NCBI GenBank assembly: GCA_965644315.1
Contig: CBFFRQ010000071.1
Coordinates: forward strand, 5,438-69,437
Origin: Caecitellus pseudoparvulus
Taxonomy: Eukaryota; Protista; Bigyra: Bicosoecida
DNA: 64,000 nucleotides
Direction of reading: 5' to 3'
Both the position numbers and the translations under genes were made by a program. Positions 60,701 through 64,000 of this stretch are shown piece by piece. Under the pieces are notes generated by a model that saw nothing but the letters and a program-made list of their open reading frames with translations, searched no databases and was not told the origin of the DNA. Positions within the stretch are counted from its first letter, which is position 1. The number at the start of each line of letters is the position of its first letter.

Positions 60701-60831
60701 TGTCCTGTTGCTGCTGCCTGTGGCGTTGGGGAGGGGCAGGGCGCTGTGTGCAGTGGTGTGTGTGCGACACGCTCTGGCGCAAGTGCTGGCGACAGTGAGG
60801 TGCCGTGCCCACACCAACGCCCACGCACCAT
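57799..60831 (-). CDS. Hypervariable ankyrin-repeat protein, copy 5 (N-cap + 9 repeats at 57868-58857; most divergent N-terminus)
   Basis: ORF 57799..60846; ATG 60831-60829, intron 60828-60718. Confidence 0.9.
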   Translation of the reverse strand: MVRGRWCGHGTSLSPALAPERVAHTPLHTAPCPSPTPQAAATGQAMEGSAAAIAGIVDTQAEVVAACLAKMKCLPGSVMEHGPAVRGLAAIGRGDLPATGDAPSGMSLAELEAALREAGRALLEQAGLLAGQHERGGVCAALQYLSFRCFCAVDVLHQAASGVSAVPEGDALWGAIVGAWSNVRAGVNLEGALADLTRWWQGFEVADVDVACESSPLTHDAGGEAATDAALAGMRQQAEWLRGEAAGELRSESAAEHLECAASAVEELRGLLGCAPVMSGRKVRAVCGLDLSSGLSCLNGVGVSVYSGRVEIVDEDVGGGGDVEQWATYVAAGARALVTSVGAVKRVEAARIAYGLPRAAQTPHKAALAHGVFGGRADEPVGERSSVTVQVQCEAGWPLRVFVEDEAWGDVGVGVRQRVAVRVLGACAVAEACGVDVGGVGVGSFVVVGVGSGSVGDLVGAVDGCGCEVVLSACGGVWGGGACGGGVGGGEGGALGVVREVLGVGGVGEGGGSGDVSSFVGSGGGGEHGLWGAMEVLGRGGSGRCMGAYAVACGACGGGVGCLGGVESAVRSVVDGEQAGAGGAGEVQGVDEGGASAGQSETGVGVGSYSDENTVAFVDACKEGELARVRELLALRGGEAVDVHAAGKVKISTWLHSQGPEAAFRWACFNGHADIVRELLGLSGARAVDVHAADEDGPEAAFRWACREGHTDIVRELLGLTGARAVDVHAADALGPEAAFRWACRLGHTDIVRELLGLTGARAVDVHAADDDGPESAFRWACENGRTDIVRELLGLTGAREVDVHAADDEGPEAAFRAACRWGRSDIVRELLGLTGAREVDVHAAAWDGPEAAFRGACENGHTDIVRELLGLTGARAVDVHAADGFGPESAFRWACYCGHTDIVRELLGLTGARAVDVHSAAWGGPEVAFREACATGRTDIVRELLGLTGARAVDVHAADRGGPEAAFRWACRKGHTDIVRELLGLTGDRRIPDSVRQEAAEFETLKHLI

Positions 60832-61470
60832 GGCGATGGATGGCACAGGGTCTGATTAGGTGTGCAATGTTGTGTAGCTGGCTCCTGCGTAGTGGCGGCA
60901 GTGGGCAGGTGTGCTGGTGCGGCAGGGGGGAGGCGTTGTCGTGGTGGGCGTGCGACAGAGCAACTTCCGCACTTGCACAAGTGCACGCTCACCTGTGGCG
61001 GCCAGGAGTGGAGACAAGGCACCAGGCACACTAATGGGCGTACATGCAGTGACACCACAGGTGTGCATGGAAAATACTTGAGGTGTAAATTGGTGGCAGG
61101 CATCTGAAAGGTGTCCGGCTCTGCTCGACCGTGTGTCCGGCATCTCAGCAAAAACGGCGCGGATATAGTTTCTCAGACACCCTCGAAATCCCAAATTGCG
61201 AGCACCAAGACCCCCTGTCACGGTGCTCGTCCTTTGCACAGGCGAGACAGCACGCTGGCCAGAATCAGCGCCCAACACCAGGCGACCCGTCACCAGTGCC
61301 TGGACGAGCGTTTTCGTCGACTTGGCCAGAATAAGGGCGCCCGAACGGTCTTTCCGTTCAATTCTACACATATTTTACTTGCTTGGTACTTGTTTGCTCG
61401 CCGGCGGGCAGCTTGAGGACTGCGTTTGCGCTGGCTGTGTCTCGGCAAGTTCCGCACCACGCCGGGAAGC

Positions 61471-63282
61471 ATGCTGCTGTCTCGCAACAGGCCAACCGTG
61501 CTGCGGCTTGGTTCGCTGATCTTCCCGCTCGCCGTGCTAGGCATAACGTCGTACCTGTACTTCCACTATGCCCTCATGCACATTTGTGTGCCGCTGTTCT
61601 CTGGAACCGAGCCAGATGGCGCTGTGCTTCGGTACATCGTCGAGTTTCTGGCGCTGTCAGCCGTCGTGGGGGCGTTCCTGTGGGCCTTCGCCAAGACAGT
61701 CCTGACGCACGCGGGCGTACCGCCCACCTGGTACGCCCAGCTGTACACCCTGCCGCAGTGGCACGACATCTTCGTGGACAATGGCGCCCACATCAGCGCT
61801 GGTCAGGTGCAGCAGAGCGCTGGCGGTCGGGAACGCCTGCTGGCTCTGGCAGGCATTCCAGTGGATGTCATGGATTCACCGGATCTTGCTGCGGCGTATG
61901 CGCGTCGGCCCAATCAGCGCGCCCCTGCGGCGTCCGAGGCAGCTGTGTACGAAGGCGTGCGCTGGTGCGCTCACTGTAACGCACCAAAACCGCTGCGCGC
62001 ACACCACTGCACGGCGATGGGTGAGTGCATCCTGCGGTATGACCACTACTGTCCGTGGGTCGCGAATGCTGTGGGGTACTACAATTACAAGTACTTCGTG
62101 TTGTTCGTGACGTATGGCTGCATTGCGTCGGCGTGGGTATCCTTGGGCTTCACACCGCTTATGATGACGCGGCACAACCTGGGCGGGGGAGAAGTGCGTA
62201 TTACGTGGGGCGCCTCCCTCGCCTGGGTCCTGGCTCTCTCCTTCGCCGTGTCTCTGCTCATTTTCTCCGTCATGCACTGGTGGTTCGTGCTGGTTGCCAA
62301 CACGAGCGTGGAGGCGACCTTTCGCCGCGCCGGCAACCCATACGACCACGGAGCCCGGAACAACTTCAACCTCGTGTTCGGCGCTGTGCCTCGTCTGTGG
62401 CCGCTGTGTGAGACCACTCTGGACACCATTTTCGCGACGGCGGGGGGCACGTACTTGTACCAGCGATCCGTGCGCGATGTTTGGTCGGCAGCTGCAACGG
62501 CCCGTGCTGCTGCCAGACTGCCTCCCCTGGAGGGTCATGGTGCAGCTGAACGGTGGGGGTTGGAGGAGCCAGCTGCCGATGCAGTGGATGGGTCGGTGTG
62601 GAGGTGGGGTGCAGGTGTGTTCACAGCCGACCCCACAGCTGCTGGGACCGGCGGTGACACTGCACAGGATGGGCCGGCGTCTGAGCAGGAGCGGGCAGGG
62701 CTGCTTGGGGGGGGATCGGATGTGGAGGAGGGGGGGGGCGCTCAGCCACACGCCAGCGAACTCGTGTGGCACGATGCCATGCAATTTGACCACCTCTGGT
62801 GGTGGTGGCGTGCGTGTGGGTACAACCCTGCCAACACCCTTGTCAAGACCACTCGGTATGGCCCCCTCGGACGCGGCACGAAGCTGCCGCCTGCAGTGCC
62901 GGAGTTTCTGCACCCGCGCATTTGGCAACGCCTTGCTGCAGGCGCACAGCGAGACGGAGAGGGCCACTTGCCCCGCCTTCCAAGTGAACAAGCTCCGCCT
63001 GGGCAAAGGGCTGTGCAGGTCGTGCAGTCTGCGGAGGCTGCAGCGGCTGCGAGGCGAGAGGCACGCGCTGCGGCAGCTGCCAACGCAGCAAAATCCGCTG
63101 CAGACTCAAACACCACGCCACCACAAGGCATGCGTCCAAGAGAATGGCGGGCGCTGCAAGCCCGCAGGAAAGCTCGTGCGGCAGCAGCAGCATCCACACG
63201 CTCCGTGCTGAGTCGGCAGCAAAGGCAGCGTGCTGGTGTGGATGAGCTTGGCCTGGCAACAGACGAGGCAGCGTTGGTGTAG
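61471..63282 (+). CDS. DHHC-family palmitoyltransferase (DHYC variant)
   Basis: WCAHCNAPKPLRAHHC..MGECILRYDHYCPWVANAVGYYNYKYF, four hydrophobic TM segments, NTSVE, NPYDHGARNNFNLVFG. Confidence 0.92.
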   Translation: MLLSRNRPTVLRLGSLIFPLAVLGITSYLYFHYALMHICVPLFSGTEPDGAVLRYIVEFLALSAVVGAFLWAFAKTVLTHAGVPPTWYAQLYTLPQWHDIFVDNGAHISAGQVQQSAGGRERLLALAGIPVDVMDSPDLAAAYARRPNQRAPAASEAAVYEGVRWCAHCNAPKPLRAHHCTAMGECILRYDHYCPWVANAVGYYNYKYFVLFVTYGCIASAWVSLGFTPLMMTRHNLGGGEVRITWGASLAWVLALSFAVSLLIFSVMHWWFVLVANTSVEATFRRAGNPYDHGARNNFNLVFGAVPRLWPLCETTLDTIFATAGGTYLYQRSVRDVWSAAATARAAARLPPLEGHGAAERWGLEEPAADAVDGSVWRWGAGVFTADPTAAGTGGDTAQDGPASEQERAGLLGGGSDVEEGGGAQPHASELVWHDAMQFDHLWWWWRACGYNPANTLVKTTRYGPLGRGTKLPPAVPEFLHPRIWQRLAAGAQRDGEGHLPRLPSEQAPPGQRAVQVVQSAEAAAAARREARAAAAANAAKSAADSNTTPPQGMRPREWRALQARRKARAAAAASTRSVLSRQQRQRAGVDELGLATDEAALV

Positions 63283-63404
63283 GCAAATGCAACGATTGGC
63301 CAAAGCACAAACCATCTTCACAACCCAGCACCTGCCCTCATTCGCCATTGAACTACACGCAGCAAGAAGCAAGCACCTGCGCAGCTACCCCACGACGAGT
63401 CATC

Positions 63405-63858
63405 ATGGCTGGGCAGACTCCGCATGCTGTTCGTGTGGTCCACGTCGACTGCAGCGACTGGCGCAGCAAGTCCAAAGCCATCTCCAGCTTCTACCGGCAG
63501 ACTGGCGTGAAGTCCGCGGGCAATAACCTGGATGCACTGAGTGATGTGCTGCACGGTGGATTCTCTGACACTTTGGTGCGTGCAGCCTGGCCAGGTCGCG
63601 CGCAAAGCGTTTGGCGTGTTGGGCCTTCACTCATTCCGCAAGCCCACGCGCACTCTAACGCAACATCTCGCTCCACCCTACTATGCACCTCAGGATGCCC
63701 CATATAATATGCTGCTGACACACACAATGGGTTTGCCCCATGATGCAGCCGCTGTCGTGAAGCACCTGAGGGAGACGATTGAGGAAGAGCATGCGGAAGA
63801 CGGTTGCTCCATCACCGTCTTGCCGAACGAACGGCCCATGCGCAAAAGCAAGGCGTAA
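63405..63858 (+). CDS. Barstar-family (ribonuclease inhibitor-like) protein, 2 exons (63405-63575, 63694-63858), about 111 aa
   Basis: VVHVDCSDWRSKSKAISSFY...GNNLDALSDVLHGGF|DAPYNMLLTH...LRETIEEEHAEDGCSITVLP; phase-0 intron GTGCGT...CTAAC...CTCAG. Confidence 0.7.
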
Positions 63859-64000
63859 AGACACCACCTTCTGCAGGGCACGCATTCACAGCGAGGACCA
63901 TTTCCTTGTGGAGGCGCAGTGCAGTGTGGATCGCGCTCTGCCGCGCTTGGCTTTGTCTCTGACTGTGGTGCCGCTTGCTGTCCACTACAAGGCTTGCGTC

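Larger units (their letters stand above)
29395..61000 (-). repeat. Tandem segmental array of ~5.0-5.8 kb units: ankyrin gene + 5' part of gene X + spacer
   Basis: Stop-to-stop spacing of the ankyrin genes is 5792, 5164, 5210 and 10804 bp (4985 after removing the 5819-bp retrotransposon). Spacers are near-identical. Confidence 0.9.

Overview
GC-rich eukaryotic (protist-like) genomic DNA with short GT-AG introns, many with GTGCGT donors. The left half holds a PIF/Harbinger-type DDE transposase running off the window start, a TWD40-1/TTRAY-like WD40 protein with a C-terminal LamG-like domain, a DDHD phospholipase A1, a C-type lectin/mucin-stalk membrane protein, mitochondrial glycerol-3-phosphate dehydrogenase, AATF/Bfr2 and a large hypothetical gene ('gene X'). 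About 30.8-61.0 kb is a tandem array of five paralogous minus-strand genes. Each encodes a helical N-terminus, a degenerate kinase-like segment and 3-9 near-identical 114-bp (38-aa) ankyrin repeats that are hypervariable only at predicted binding-surface codons and appear shuffled between copies. Four of the genes are followed by a truncated 5' copy of gene X; the fifth is followed by full-length X. A complete Ngaro-type tyrosine-recombinase retrotransposon (A1-ORFs-B1A2B2) sits in one spacer; its ORF1 and pol are in frame across a single UAG followed by a strong stem-loop. The right end has a DHHC (DHYC variant) palmitoyltransferase and an intron-containing barstar-family gene. The best candidate for an undescribed system is the diversified ankyrin receptor array, possibly with an MLKL-like effector module. 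All domain calls are by eye from motifs; no database searches were run.
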